A stretch of DNA of 55,929 nucleotides, filler included, from Sluysia triapertura (Eukaryota): NCBI GenBank assembly GCA_046118255.1. It is 3 parts of 3 records of this genome, joined end to end, with 100 filler letters (N's around TTAATTAATTAA, not from the genome) between each part and the next. Parts side by side here need not be neighbours in the genome. Positions count along the whole stretch, not along the records: positions 14,983 to 28,987 come from JBJNIA010010541.1; positions 29,088 to 55,929 come from JBJNIA010110867.1; 1 more part is not named here. One strand, written 5' to 3'. The notes beneath the pieces are model-generated. The model ran no database searches and had not been told where the DNA came from. It saw only the letters and a list, made by a program, of their open reading frames with translations. Both the position numbers and the translations under genes were made by a program. Position 1 is the first letter of the stretch, and every line of letters begins with the position of its first letter. Below, piece after piece: positions 24,073 through 37,695 of this stretch.

Positions 24073-27000
24073 TTATATTAATATAATCTTGCTTAAGTAT
24101 ATTACGATGTTTATGCACTGACAGTATTAATTTAATTTTTATTAATTTACTTTTACTTAATAATTTATTTCCTTTTGCTTCGAATACGTTTTAATCAAAT
24201 ACTTTTATATAACATATCTCTTAAGAATCTTAACATTCATATTAGAGTCACATTATTTTGAAAATACATATTAAAAGAATTTATTATTTTAATTATATGG
24301 CAATTTTATCTATGAAAAACATAATATAAAATTAAATTCAAAAAGTTATTTACCAAAAAAGTATCAGTGAAGTTACAATAAAAGTGATGTTTCCACCATT
24401 AGAATTTTCTTGTATCTAATGGTTTGATTATCTGTTGATTCGAAAACGAAGTAGTACTGATAGTGCTCTACTTTTTGGTTGATTATTAAGTATTATTATT
24501 TATTAGTTACCAATTATTAACGATTTCAATAAGGTTGATTATTTGCTGATCTGAAAACAATAATATAGTAAGGTAATACTTTGAAAGTACCTTAATGAAT
24601 TAAGATTTTCTTTATTTTCAGTTATTTTAAGTGTAGATATTTTGTACTTGCATCTATACCACCAAGAACTATTTCAGAACTAATGTTATTGACAGGATGA
24701 AGTTTCATACTGAAAATTCATACTGAAATGTAAATCTTTTCCAAATAAATTTTAATATTTAACGCAATATTCTTTATCATTTGAAGAATAATGTATTATT
24801 ATTATTATTACCACAATATTTCTAAATTATCTATGGTTTGTAGAATTATCGTGAAAATATCATGTATGTAAATAACAATTATTAAAATTTTAATTGATTA
24901 TAAAGTTGTTTTTTTTCAAAATATATTTTAAAAATATATTAGTTTATTACAAATTAAATTTTAAATTAATAAATAAATTACAAATAAACGTGTTTTCCAA
25001 AATAAAATCCACATAATCGATTTTATTTTGTAACATTCTTTATGTAAATTAAATATTTTTAATTTAATATATTATATTAATATATTATTTATTACTACAG
25101 TATTGTACAGTATTTTTATATTTTTAATTTATTATATTATATTTAAAATTTTCTTTTTGTTGTTTATTTTATTATTTTTATTTGGAGTTACACTCGTCTC
25201 TGTTACAAATGTGCTTTCTAGTCTTTCTAAAACAAAATAAACTATTACTCAACTAAGATTTATTAGAACAAATGATTTAAATATTATTAAAATAATAAAT
25301 ATTACAATAATTTTATACACAGTAAAGTTTATAGAAAATTAATTTAAATCGATAGGTCAATTAATTATTTATAATTTACTCGACTTTAATTGCTCGAATT
25401 GAATATAATTTTAATAAATTATAACAGTTTAATCATTATTATATAATTATAATAGTTTATATATTGTAACCAAATCGTAATCTTCCAAATAAATTAATCT
25501 AATTGTTCACAATTATTGAAATATCTACATATTTATTACTTACTGCTTACTGTTGTTATGATTATGATTATACATATTTATTTTACAGAAAATATTTTAC
25601 ATAAAAATTATACAAATGAGTATAATTACAAATTAATTGAAACTTTTTAAGAAAATAAAAATTAATTCGTGTTCTGCACTTTTTTTATACGAAACGATAT
25701 TAAACTAAAGTCAAACTTTGATTTCATAACTTTAATTTCGATCAAAAATAAACATATATAAGCTATAATTTGTAGTTACCAAACTAAATAATCATATAAT
25801 TATTTACTATTTACACGGAAACATTATTTATGTTTTTAAATTAATGACAATAATTTTATAACACAATTAAATGAATCTGAATCTTAATAAATTCTAAACT
25901 TTATCATAAAGTACATAACAATAAAAAGCATTCTTTTATAACAATTAATTATACACAAAGTATGCAAATGTTACTACCTGAATAACAATAAATTAATAAA
26001 AAAATTAAGCCTCGCCTGATCCTGAATCAGATTACTAAAGAAATATAAGATTCAATCAGTGTTTACAATGATTTCTATATTAAATGATAACAAAATGAGT
26101 TTCTTTACATAGTGTTTAGATAATTTCTAGAAAGTCGACTTAAGTAATATGTGCATGTCAACAACACATGCTTATTTCTTAGAAGTGGTTTTACGCCGAC
26201 CAATTTTAATAATCAATTTTGAAGATTAATTTCCGTCTTACTATTACCCAGAAATTATCCAAAGATAATGAATTTTGTGGCAAACTCTTACCTTTTATGA
26301 ATTACAAAATTAAAATTTAAAATAACAATATTTTTGATACAATAATATATAATATATAAATATAATCAAATATAAAACTTATTTCCAAAAGTAACTTTTG
26401 ATACCATGCACAACACGTTAGCGGAGCATCGAACGTCAATTTCAATAATATATGTATAAAATTATCTCTTATTGAGCATTATTTTGAAGTGTACTTTTAC
26501 TACATACATTCATTATAACAGAAATTTAACTTTATAACGAATAAAATTAATTAAACTTAATTATTTTAATTAATTAATTAAACGTAATATCTATGTCAAC
26601 TCGTTTCGCATTAATAAATTTCATAATTGTGTTTCGTTATATGTGCCGTTTTTTCATACGCAAACATCATACACAAATGATTTTCAAACAATTTTAATTA
26701 AATTAATTAAATGCTGATTCCTTCATTTTACAAATTACGACAACTTTGAATATGCATCATCTTTAACAACCTAACTGTTGCTCTAAAACAGAAAACAATA
26801 AAAGTATAAAAAGAATGCAATTTGTAAATTTATGAAATGAAAATGTATTTTATGATTAATCTGAATTTATATTTATTATATTATTATGTGAAATGAAAAG
26901 TATTTATGTGAATTTATTATAATTATTTATATTTATTAAATTATTTAACGTAAATTTAATCAAAGCGGAAAATTAATCTTAAAGTTAGTTTAAATTTAAT

Positions 27001-27279
27001 TTATAAATCTTTTATAATCATTATTCCTGTTGTATTTACCGCGACAAAAAATCTAATTTAAAAATTTTGTATTTAATTATATTTATATCATTTGCCTTCA
27101 CCTTAAAAGGGATATTGGATAATATAATAGAAATATTGGATGTTTTAGATTACTTTTAGGCAGCACTGAATTATTTTTAAACGTTTTCTTATTGTCCTTA
27201 CTCTGGATTAAATTCTCATTGGTTCTTCTTGAATGATTTTCATCAAATTTCTTGGCATAATAAATATTACATAGAAAAT

Positions 27280-28300
27280 AAAATGTGTGCAATAAATGGT
27301 TGTCAAACTAAAGATCGAAATCGGGACCTGTCGCTACTGACGGAGCAAGCAGTACTAGTTTCACTAATATAGTGAATTTTTTAATTGACACTTTCTAAGT
27401 CTCTACCACAGCAAATCAAAAACATTTTAAACTGAATAATTACATCAGAATAATGCACAGGTCTAGAGTGCTTGCAAGCTGTACAGAACTGTGATTTTAT
27501 ATGGAAATTTTGAATATTTCCTGAGCATTAACAGAATATGTCATTTATGAGAAAGCAAAATATAAACTTTTAAAATTATCAAATGAAAAAACGAATCAAT
27601 GAAAAAATAATGACTTCGGAAAAGTAAAAAATAGCCCAAATTTTTAGAAGAAATAAATCAAAAGTATAAGCAATTATTGTATTTGCTAAGCTTTAATATT
27701 AAAATAGTAAAATATTTTGTACAATGCAAAAAAGACTGTTTTGGAACACATTTATCTGAGAGATACCTAGTCTGATCAGTTTTCTTAGCTAGAAATAAAT
27801 TATTTCCACCAATTGTTCATCTTGTAACAAAGAATTTACATAAATACAATTCTTAAAGGAGAATTTTGGAAATATCTTCAAGTTTACTTATACCGATATT
27901 TAATAAAGCATTTTGTTTGATACAAAAAATTAAATGATGTAATGTAACAATGATTAAATATTAATTTTACAAGTTATTTTTGTTCGAAAATTTAATTTCT
28001 TAATGATATGCAATTTTTTTGTTTAAAAGATATAATAAGTGACTTTTAGAAGTCCCTTCCTTCAGAATTATAAAGGAATACTATCTAATTTTATAGAAAT
28101 ATTAAAAGCTGTCGAAAATATTTTGCTAAGATTCAAAACACTTGAACAAATATATCATTGGAACATAAAAATATGAAAAATGATTGCAAAATTTAAATTC
28201 GTTATTAAAAATACATTTCTTTTCTGCACATTTGAAATATGGAAACTCGTTGTGCATCATTTTGTGATGGCCATACGTCTTGTGTCTTTTAATTAACTCT
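27280..28300 (+). mobile_element. Possible THAP/P-element-like remnant
   Basis: MCAINGCQTK resembles the THAP N-terminal CxxxxC start and is followed by ~1 kb of decayed coding-like sequence. Weak. Confidence 0.2.
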
Positions 28301-28987
28301 TAAATGTTTTTTTAATATTCAAAACTCAGAAATCTGAAAAAGATTTAATCGCAATTACATTCACAATAATACAAATGATATAATATAACTAGTAAATATT
28401 AATTATTACATGTGTATGTTAAAATTACAAATTAAATAACCGTCAATTAACAACTAACTTAATAGAGCATTAACAATATAAAAATTACATAAATAAATAA
28501 CGCAACTAAAGCAGTAATGTTCCAAAAAAAATTGAAATCACTACAACTTTCTCATCATATGAAATTTATCCGTTAATCGACTTTATTATCATTATTATTT
28601 CAATTAATAATATTATTATTATTACTAACTATTATTATAGTGTTATTATTATTAATGCATAATTTTTATTAATTAATTATCTAAATACTTATTTTTATTA
28701 ATTTCGTAAATTTTATTTTTATTATTAATTTAGTTGTTACTTTTTAATTATTAATTTTTATATTATTTTTAATATTAATTTTATTGCTTAATATAAATCT
28801 AGAATTGACATAATGATGTCTGAAATGGCCGATGGATGTGAATAATTAATTTAGGGCTTAAATTTAAAATTAACTTTAATAGAAAATAAGACTTAAGGTC
28901 TTTTGAAAACTCATTATCGTTAAATTTGCTTTTGTTGAGGAAAATAAATTTTAAATAACAACTAAAATTGATATATTCTATCAAAGT

Positions 28988-29087
28988 NNNNNNNNNNNNN
29001 NNNNNNNNNNNNNNNNNNNNNNNNNNNNNNNTTAATTAATTAANNNNNNNNNNNNNNNNNNNNNNNNNNNNNNNNNNNNNNNNNNNN
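28988..29087. other. Artificial contig linker N44-TTAATTAATTAA-N44
   Basis: Same structure as 14883-14982. Confidence 0.95.
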
Positions 29088-29833
29088 TACATTACACTAA
29101 GATTTATTTTGTAATCATCAGTAAAGATTAAAAATAACTTTAACCTTTTAACAAGCATTTTAAGCTCAAATCTAATGCGTAAACCTTGTTTCCAAACTAT
29201 AAACCTTTTAACAAGCTTCAACAAATTATTTTAACATTCTTCAATCCAATTACAACTTTAACCATTACACAATTTTCAAATAAATCTTAAATAACTTTAA
29301 AGAAATTCGTTATCATACTGTGAAGCAACAACCACAAATGACACTTCTTTCACTTAATCTTCGTTGCTCCTTCACAGTGCACTAGTTCTTTTCATTTACG
29401 TCATTTTATATGTCAGAAATATTGAGAATAAAAAGAGAAAGTTCTTGTCAAAAGATATTAAAGATTTTTATGTGTTTATATTTTTATTATTATTATATTA
29501 TTATTATCATCAATGTTGTTATTTTATTATTATTTTCATCATCATTACTAATGTTATTATTATTACTATTATTATTATCACTAGATTCGCCGCCATTTTG
29601 TTTTATAACCTAAATAATAATAAAAATAAATAAATTAAAAATAGATGATTGGACCAGTTGCTACCAGTATCAACACTGACAGTCAATGTTACGTCGACAT
29701 TGAGCTGTCAGTCTTGATGATGGTCGGCTGGCATTTCTTACTTTTCTCTTCTCGTTTGCTTTACGTCACCCAATCAGATCAGTCTACAACAAATAATACA
29801 AAATTAATAAAATATACACATCTGATTGGGTGA
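29088..29833 (+). repeat. Dispersed module X copy 2
   Basis: C/A-rich arm, ATATGT..GAAAG..AAGATTTTTATG motif, (ATT)n, TGACA/TGTCA palindrome 29663-29724 and a perfect 14-bp CCAAT palindrome 29766-29779/29820-29833. Confidence 0.6.
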
Positions 29834-29943
29834 AGCAATTAAATCAAATTATACTTTTTGTGGCTTATGAATAAAAGAGTAATAGTTAAAAAGATTTTAT
29901 GAACATAGAATTTTTATCAAAGTAGTGGTAAACTTAAAAGATA

Positions 29944-30627
29944 ATGTCAAGACAATCTTGTATACGTAAACATGATGCTTTCAGAGTAATATTACTAAAC
30001 AGCAATGAAATAACGATGAAACAATCTGAGATACGTAAAGATGATCTATTTAGTATAATATTATTAAACAAAAATGAAATAACGATCAGACAATCTGAGA
30101 TACGTAAAGATGATCTATTTAGTATAATATTATCAAACAACTATGAGATAATGAAAAGATAGCTTTGTACACGTAAAGACGATGCTTTTAGTATACTGTT
30201 ATTAGATGTTTCTGAATTAATTGAAAGACAACTTGGTACACGTGAAGATGACGCTTTTAGTATGATTTCATTAGATGTTCATAAAACAATTAAAAGACAA
30301 CTTTGTATATATAAAAATGATACTTTTAGTGTGATGTTATTAGATGTTTCTCAAATAATGAAAGGACGGCTTTGTACATGTAAAGACGATGCTTTTAGTG
30401 TGATGTCATTGGATGTTTATGAAGTGATTAAAAGACAACTATGTATATATAAGAATGATACATTTAGTGTGATGTTATTAGATATTCCTGAAGTGATGAA
30501 AAGACGGCTCCGTACACGTAAACATGATGCATTTAGTATGATATTATTACAAAATTATGAAATATCTACGAGACAACCTGACATACGTAAAGAAGTTAAT
30601 ATGTTATTGATTGGACTTTCTAATTAA
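29944..30627 (+). repeat. Coding tandem repeat, ~9.5 x 69 bp (23 aa: RQLCIRKDDAFS(V/I)MLLD...), with one in-frame TAG
   Basis: Units start near 29950, 30019, 30088, 30157, 30226, 30295, 30364, 30433, 30502 and 30571. ORFs 29944-30162 and 30262-30627 share a frame. TAG 30160-30162 sits where most other units have CAA (Gln). Confidence 0.8.
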
Positions 30628-32010
30628 TTTGTTAATTAATTCAGTTAGTCATATTGGCTTTCAGTTAGATAAATTATAATTTTATAAATTTATTATTATT
30701 ACTATTATAAACATTTATCTTAAATGTACTATTAAATAATCTTTCCAATCACTCACATAAATTGTGTAGAAAAGAATTTAAATTAAATAAATTAACCTCA
30801 AAAATAAAAATATCATTTATAGAATTAGAAAATTGGACAATCCATGTTATCTCCACAAAATAACAATGTAAAATTCGAAAATACAAACAACAATCAAACC
30901 ACTATCCATAAGGCAACAGTAAACTTTTCCATCATTATTACACCGAGCATAAGAAAATTACTGTTTTACCGGTTGTATCTAGCCTATTTTTAAATATCTT
31001 TGTATTATTGTATTAACTGTTTGGTATGGTTTATCATACATTAAACTGATTGACTAGTAGAATATATTATTCTTTCTCTGTCATCGGTTGAAACAGTAAT
31101 TTGATATTGCTGCGTTTATACTTAACTGCAAAATAAAAATTAACAGTCCGCTTGTATCTACAAGTAACGTGTACGTTTGATAAATGCTAAATTACAATTA
31201 GTTTCGAAACCATCTGAGTCTATTAATTCCAAAATATAATTAAGCGATGCATTTTATTAACGCCTATTCTTTAACTTTAATAAATAAGTAACTATTGAAA
31301 ATATATATTGCCAAAAACTAATATTTAATTATGTATAAGAATTTTTTAAATGCAAAAATGTTTCATGAGTTTTCGTAAAATTTTATAACTTCTAACATAT
31401 TAAGAGTATGCACACTATTTAATATTACTACTGATTGTTTATAAAATACAATTTCGATCAAGCATAATCAGGAATTAATGGAAATCTTCAAATTTATTAT
31501 CTCTGGTCCTCCGCAATGATTTATTGAAATCTTTATATCTGGTCCTCCGAAATGATTTTATTTACTGTAGTTCAAAAAAATTTGTTTTTATATTATTGTT
31601 TAAAATTCATCCATTAACCATTCTATCCATTAAAAATTTAGTCTATAAAATATAAAAATATATCCATTAAGTGATATTCATTCTATTAATATTCACCCGA
31701 TTAATAGCTTTTCTAGAAATATATCGATTAATATATATCCATTAGTTAATGGATTTTTAAAAATGTTTCAATATTTCTTCTCTGTAATTAAATATTTACA
31801 TTAATATTTCAATATTTTTGTTAATATTTCCATTTATGTACTTATTTTTTTATTAATTTATAAATTTGTCTTTCCATTTATAAATTTTCTTTTATAATAA
31901 TAATATTTATATTAATAATATTCAAAGAATAACACAAACAAAACACTTTATACAATACAGTCATTACTCAATCTCTCGTCAAACACCGACAACGGAAGTC
32001 TCTCAGTCCA

Positions 32011-32496
32011 TCAAGCGATATTGTCTGTATCGTTTTCGTATAGATTAGGAAGAAATGAACACAACTCTTTGGATGGTAACTGAAAAAGAAGAGCTTCTAT
32101 GTATATTGTGCAATGTCTACTTAAATCAGAGGAACATGTTGTGGAGAGAGCATTAATTCGAATAGTCAAAGGAATTTCATTTAATGTGACAATGACCTCG
32201 AGCAACTGCTATATACAATGTGAAAAAATAATGGTTTATTAACTAAGTCATTCATCGTAATACGGAGTTTAGTAGCTGTTAGAGGAAAAACATGTATCGC
32301 TAAGTCAAAATCGAATTCGCTTTTAAATTTATTAGGTGTCATATGAGAGTTAGGGAAGAAGATTGGAAAATCATTTTCATCACAATATTTTCCTGCAGCA
32401 GATAGAAAGGTTTCGTTTGGTTCAGCCTTTTTGTATTCGATGGATATATGAGAATTGGTATACTGAAGGAGTAATAAAAGTATTAAAATGGTACAT
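32011..32496 (-). pseudogene. Frameshifted ORF with signal-peptide-like start, unknown function
   Basis: ILILLLLLQYTNSHISIEYKKAEPNETFLSAAGKYCDENDFP... continues by frameshift into ORF 32011-32205. Confidence 0.3.
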
Positions 32497-32579
32497 ATAA
32501 TTAAATAATAATCAAATATTAAGTTTACGAAACAAAATATTTATTTATGATTGAATTAGTTAACTATATATATAATTTT

Positions 32580-33032
32580 TTAAAGAAAACCTACACTGAT
32601 TTCTCTTTTCTTGAGAAAAGGGTTAGGAGGTTTATCATTTATCTTATAAAAATGCTTTAACTGCCTATGGCGTCTATTTCTTTTATGTGATTTCGTTAAA
32701 CCTGGTAAAATGACAGATTTTGGTCTCCGAATAACTAGGATTTTCGCGATTTTATTGGCGACTGTGATAATAATAGAACTATCGTAATTCAGCATGTCAG
32801 ATGAAGCATGTAACGTCAGAATTATAGAAGTGCCTAAACTTCTTTCTGTAGTAAATGCCGCAACGTTTAACCGTGCAACGACACATCGGGCAAGAAGGGA
32901 AGGTGTAGGAGAAGAATCAAAAGGAAAGAAAAGACAGTGGAAGTGAAATCTATGTGTACAGGGCTTGGCAACAGCGCTGAAGCAAATAGGGCATACAGAG
33001 AAGCGCATTGTTGTGGAAAGCATCCTGAACAT
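32580..33032 (-). pseudogene. Frameshifted RING-H2 zinc-finger ORF
   Basis: CPICF..PCTHRFHFHCL is in the annotated frame and the missing SCPMCR is in a shifted frame (32878-32895). Confidence 0.6.
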
Positions 33033-33436
33033 AATAATTTATAATAAGATAATAACTAATTTTGATTAGTATTAACAAAATTTATTTTAATTCCTATATT
33101 ACTAAACGAAAAGATTATAATTATTCTAAACAATGTAAAATTATACTATGTATAAGTTAGAAGCAAATGAACTAGTTGGTATTACGATGTGACTCTTTGT
33201 GAGTGGGAGTCAGCCCTATCACTTTAAATTGAAATGAGTTTTAATATTATTTAAGAAATTATTAAAAAGTAATTTATATTCTTGAAATAACTTCTTCATT
33301 TTATTAGATCTGTTTAACGTATTTACGTATGAAAAATTATGAAAGTAACATTTAAGACATTTATTAAAAACAATTATCAAAAATTTTATAAAAATTTTTT
33401 TATCAACACCAAATCTACGTTAATGGAAAATGTTTA

Positions 33437-34729
33437 CTAATTTTCGAACATGTTACATTCCACATTAAATAGAATCCTTAATAAAATAAAACTATGATCA
33501 TGATAATGTGATGAAAATTGTAAAAGATAAGGAATTTCTTTAATAAACAAACTTTGATTATTTATATTGTATTCAGCATTCTCTGATATAAAAATATATG
33601 GATAATCTTTAACTGTGTGGCTATTGATCTGAGAAGTTTTAGTAGATTTTATTTTCAATGTAGCTAATAAGTTGGTAATGCGTTCCAAATGATCTTGTCA
33701 TCATAGAGAGCATGTGAGATTCCTCTAAATCATGAAAGTGTATACAGACTTTACCATACATAAGGCACTTACCAGTATATGAAGGCCAATTCTATTGCAA
33801 TGTAGATAATGAGGAGGTCCTGTATCTGATGTATTTTATTAAGAAGATGAAAACTAAATTTATCTGAGATATTCGGACATTTTTTAACATAATTCAAGGA
33901 GAGTAATTCCTGAAAATTATTTGGAATCTCTGCGCATGATCTGTCATTTAAAGGTTCAGTAAACTAAATACTTGTAAAGCTGAATCGTTTTTATAATAAT
34001 CCGATCTTGCTATTGTTATTATTGAATGGTTGTCGGGAATAATCGAAATAAGGTAAATCTATAAAGTTTTTTTGAGATCGAGTAAATTTATATTACGAAG
34101 ATCATGAGAATATAGAAATTGTGCATTATTATGATAGATTATGTAAGTAGGTGCACTTCTGATCAATCTAACATTTACTACTGTAACATTTTGATGATTT
34201 AAAATATGTTTCATTCAGAAATGATACAGTTCAGAGTTGAATTAGAATAAATAAATGAATGAATGAATAAATCGTCATCAATAGTAATATTTTCAAATGT
34301 TATTATAATTTTCAATTTGTTTAAAATCATATTCAGTAGTCGATTAGCATGATCATATGACTTAAATTTTAGCATGAAACCAGATAAATAATCGGTTTCT
34401 TTATTCTCGTTTATCGGATCAATATATTTTTGCATCAACATTTTATAAAACTGGTTATCGGAATATTGGGCATATTAAAGAATCGATCATTACACTTCAT
34501 TATCATTAGCTCTCTTATGTTATAAAAGATAAGCATAAAATAAAATATTTATTTTAAATTCTAAATTTGAGTTGTATGGAATTAATTGGAAACATTTTGT
34601 TCGTATTAAAATAATTGTTAATTGGATTTAATACTAAATAATTGAATGTGGATTTAACTCAAATGATTGTGAATGAATTTACTGAATTGAGGACAGACAA
34701 TAGTTTAGATTGTCCTCATTGGTTGGCCA
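33437..34729 (-). mobile_element. LTR-retrotransposon internal remnant (PBS-like motif + decayed gag with zinc knuckles)
   Basis: TGGCCAACCAATGAGGAC at 34729-34712, broken ORFs 34211-34441 and 33437-33688, and a decayed double CCHC region (HYLHCNRIGLH..GKCLMYGKVCIH, ~33720-33830). Confidence 0.5.
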
Positions 34730-35399
34730 ATTATAAAATTCAGCAAATTTTATTAAAATTAAAATTTTATTACTTCTTTTTTATTGGTTTAACAAAGTAA
34801 AAATGTACAAAATAATTTTAAAATATTTATTTATTATTATTAACGAAAAACTGAAGCGTATTGCATAAGATTTAAAACATTTATTAACTAAAACTTAAAT
34901 TAGACTACATAAATTATTATGAAATGTTAAATTATTAAATAGAATTGTTGGCGGATTATGTTTTGGCATACCACAAGTCTCATAATGTCGAATAGTTCTA
35001 AGAGAAATACAAAAATATCGCTATAGACAGAAATTTAGTAAAAGCAGTTTTACCTTAATTTTAAAATAATCTTTCACGGTAGTAGCATATCTTTCATATT
35101 TGTTGGGATTCATTTCTAGATTAATTGACGAATTTGAATAGTTTGTTCTATTTTGTAATGAATCCAATAGATTGTTTATACGATTGAATTGGTATTGTCA
35201 TACAAACAATCACCAAGCGCTGACACATTATGCGAATATGGACAATGTTGGCTATATTTGAGACAACCCTGATTTTTTTATACCATACATGCATTTTGCT
35301 GATTTATAATATTTAAAATGATGAACATATTTAAAGTAATTGGTTGTCATCATGTTAGATGAAAAATCATTACATTTGACTATCGGATTTATTTCTCTA

Positions 35400-36467
35400 A
35401 AACATTTGTGGTGATCAACTTTCACTTATTAAATTTTATAAAAAATAATCCTTTAACATTTTAATATTCGCATGTTTATCTTCTCTACACTCACTAAAAC
35501 AGTTCATCTGACAAAAGCAAGTCATCCACAATCTCATAACATACAAACCACATTCGAAAGTATTCACTCAACACCTTCGTCGAATCAATTACAACACTTT
35601 AAATTTATCATTTGTTATCATATAATCCCTAATAACACAAAAGACAATACCACTTAAAAATAGCAAGAGAACAAATCACATCAACATTGTACAATCACCT
35701 TTCGAAGATACTAAGAGTTGGACTATCATTATCTTTTTCACATTCACTAAACCACACTCTTTTCAATGTATCTTTAGGTCACAATCTTCCAATATTCAAA
35801 TATTACTTTCAGTCAAAAACATTAATCACTATCTAAAAATTCATTCTAACGTTCTACATTTTACTGCATAGCATAAGAACTGCTATAAGAACGTCAATTA
35901 TATATGTAAAACTCACTTAAACTAACCTTTACTTAAAGATCTTTAGTTTCAAATATATTTAAATGTATTGGAATATGTTTAGAAATCTACGGGATTTAAA
36001 GTAAGATTATGTACGGTTTTTAAAGAATTCAAAAGTTCATGCAGTTTAATAACAATAATAACTATAACATCGTTCCTCTTGTTATTGCTCTTATTGCATT
36101 CAATTCAATCGTTTTTAGTTTTGGATTCAAAATATGTAAGAAATATAAAGAAAAGTAAAGAAAGGTCATGTAATGTTCAGCAAGAATTTATGTATTTTTA
36201 AATATTTTGTACTTAATTGATGTTAATAATTATAACATTATTGCTATTATTATTAATACTAATGCATTAAAATTCATTAATTTATTTAATATCTAAATCA
36301 GTATCTACCACTACCAATATTGACATTGCTGATTATTGTATATAGATTTATGTCAGCACTGATGGTGGCTCATCACTCAGTATTTCAATTTTTAATTTTT
36401 AATATTAGTCGTCCAATCAGTGTAATAATGATTATCAATTTTAGTGCTTTCTGATTGGACGACTAAT
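35400..36467 (+). repeat. Dispersed module X copy 3
   Basis: Homologous to copy 1. TGACA/TGTCA palindrome 36308-36368 and a perfect 17-bp ATTAGTCGTCCAATCAG inverted repeat 36404-36420/36451-36467. Confidence 0.7.
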
Positions 36468-36560
36468 CAAAGCAACCTGGTATACAAAATTTGTACAAGT
36501 AATTCATTATAAAAATTATAAAATTTGTACAATACAAAAAATTAAAAAGAATTAAACTAA

Positions 36561-37695
36561 ATGGATAAAAAATTACAGTACAATTCTAAACTTAATTCTG
36601 AAATCGAATTAATTTTATCATTTCGTCAATTAGTAAATGAAATTAAAAAGTTGAGAGAGCACAATATGATTCTATTTGTCAAATATCTGATATCCTAATG
36701 AAGTTTTCTTTAGTATCAACTGAGAATAGTAGCAGATTATTTAGTTTAATAATTAGAAATTTATATGCAAAATTCAAATGTTATTGTTTAGTGTATAGAA
36801 CGATGTGATCTGATTCTCGTACGCAATTCAGGATACATAATTCCAGTTTTAGAATGGATAAAAAATTGTTTCAAATTTATAGTTGTGAACGTTTAACGAG
36901 ATATATTATATTTTTCGATTCTCAATTACTTGCAGAAAATGTACTTAAAGAGGAGAAAAGTAATACTACTTTAAGTCAAATGAATAATGTGGATGAATTT
37001 ATGATTTTCTGAAAGGCTACGGTTGTAATAAAGAAAATAACGCCATTTCATTTAATATTTTGATGACTGTTTATAGTAAAGAAAATTTAAAGTATACAGC
37101 ACAAGATAATGTTTTACTACATGTTGCACATTTATTCCGTCATTTTACGTCTTTTCACAATGAATCACTAATACTGTTTTGTAATTATTTACTTTATTAT
37201 GCGTTAAATACGAAGGATGAAATAAATGTTCGTAGTTATTCTGCCAATCACGTGGCAAGTTATCTCATTCATTTTGACAATGACAATATAACTATTAAGT
37301 TTATACTTACAGTGATTGATCGAATTTTCAGAGGTGTTCTAAAGTTATTAGATTTTTCAAACTTTTTGATTTATAAGACAAACATCGCCTCTAGAAAGTC
37401 TAAAAAAGATAAATTGAATAAAATTGCTGATTATGGTGATGTTATTAGTGATGATTATACAAACATTTGTATGAGTATTAGTAGAGGCGGCGATGATATC
37501 ACAACTCGTGAATTGTATAATATTAGTACAGAACTTATGGAAAAATTATCCAAGCGTGATACAACAGATGTTTTTGCTCTATTAGAAATTTATTTATCCA
37601 AAACTAATATCGAAGTTAATTCTAATAAAATTAAATGCACAGACTGCTTAGAGTTACAAGACCTTTACAGGTCTTTCAGCATCCTAATAATGTAA
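36561..37695 (+). pseudogene. Decayed ORF of unknown function (211-aa open C-terminal part 37060-37695)
   Basis: A 211-codon open frame is unlikely by chance at this AT content. Upstream pieces (e.g. MDKKLFQIYSCERL from ~36855) are frameshifted. No family recognised. Confidence 0.45.

Noticed and set aside
29944-30627. CRISPR-like array
   Set aside because: Units are contiguous 69-bp coding repeats with no unique spacers, there are no cas genes, and the context is eukaryotic.
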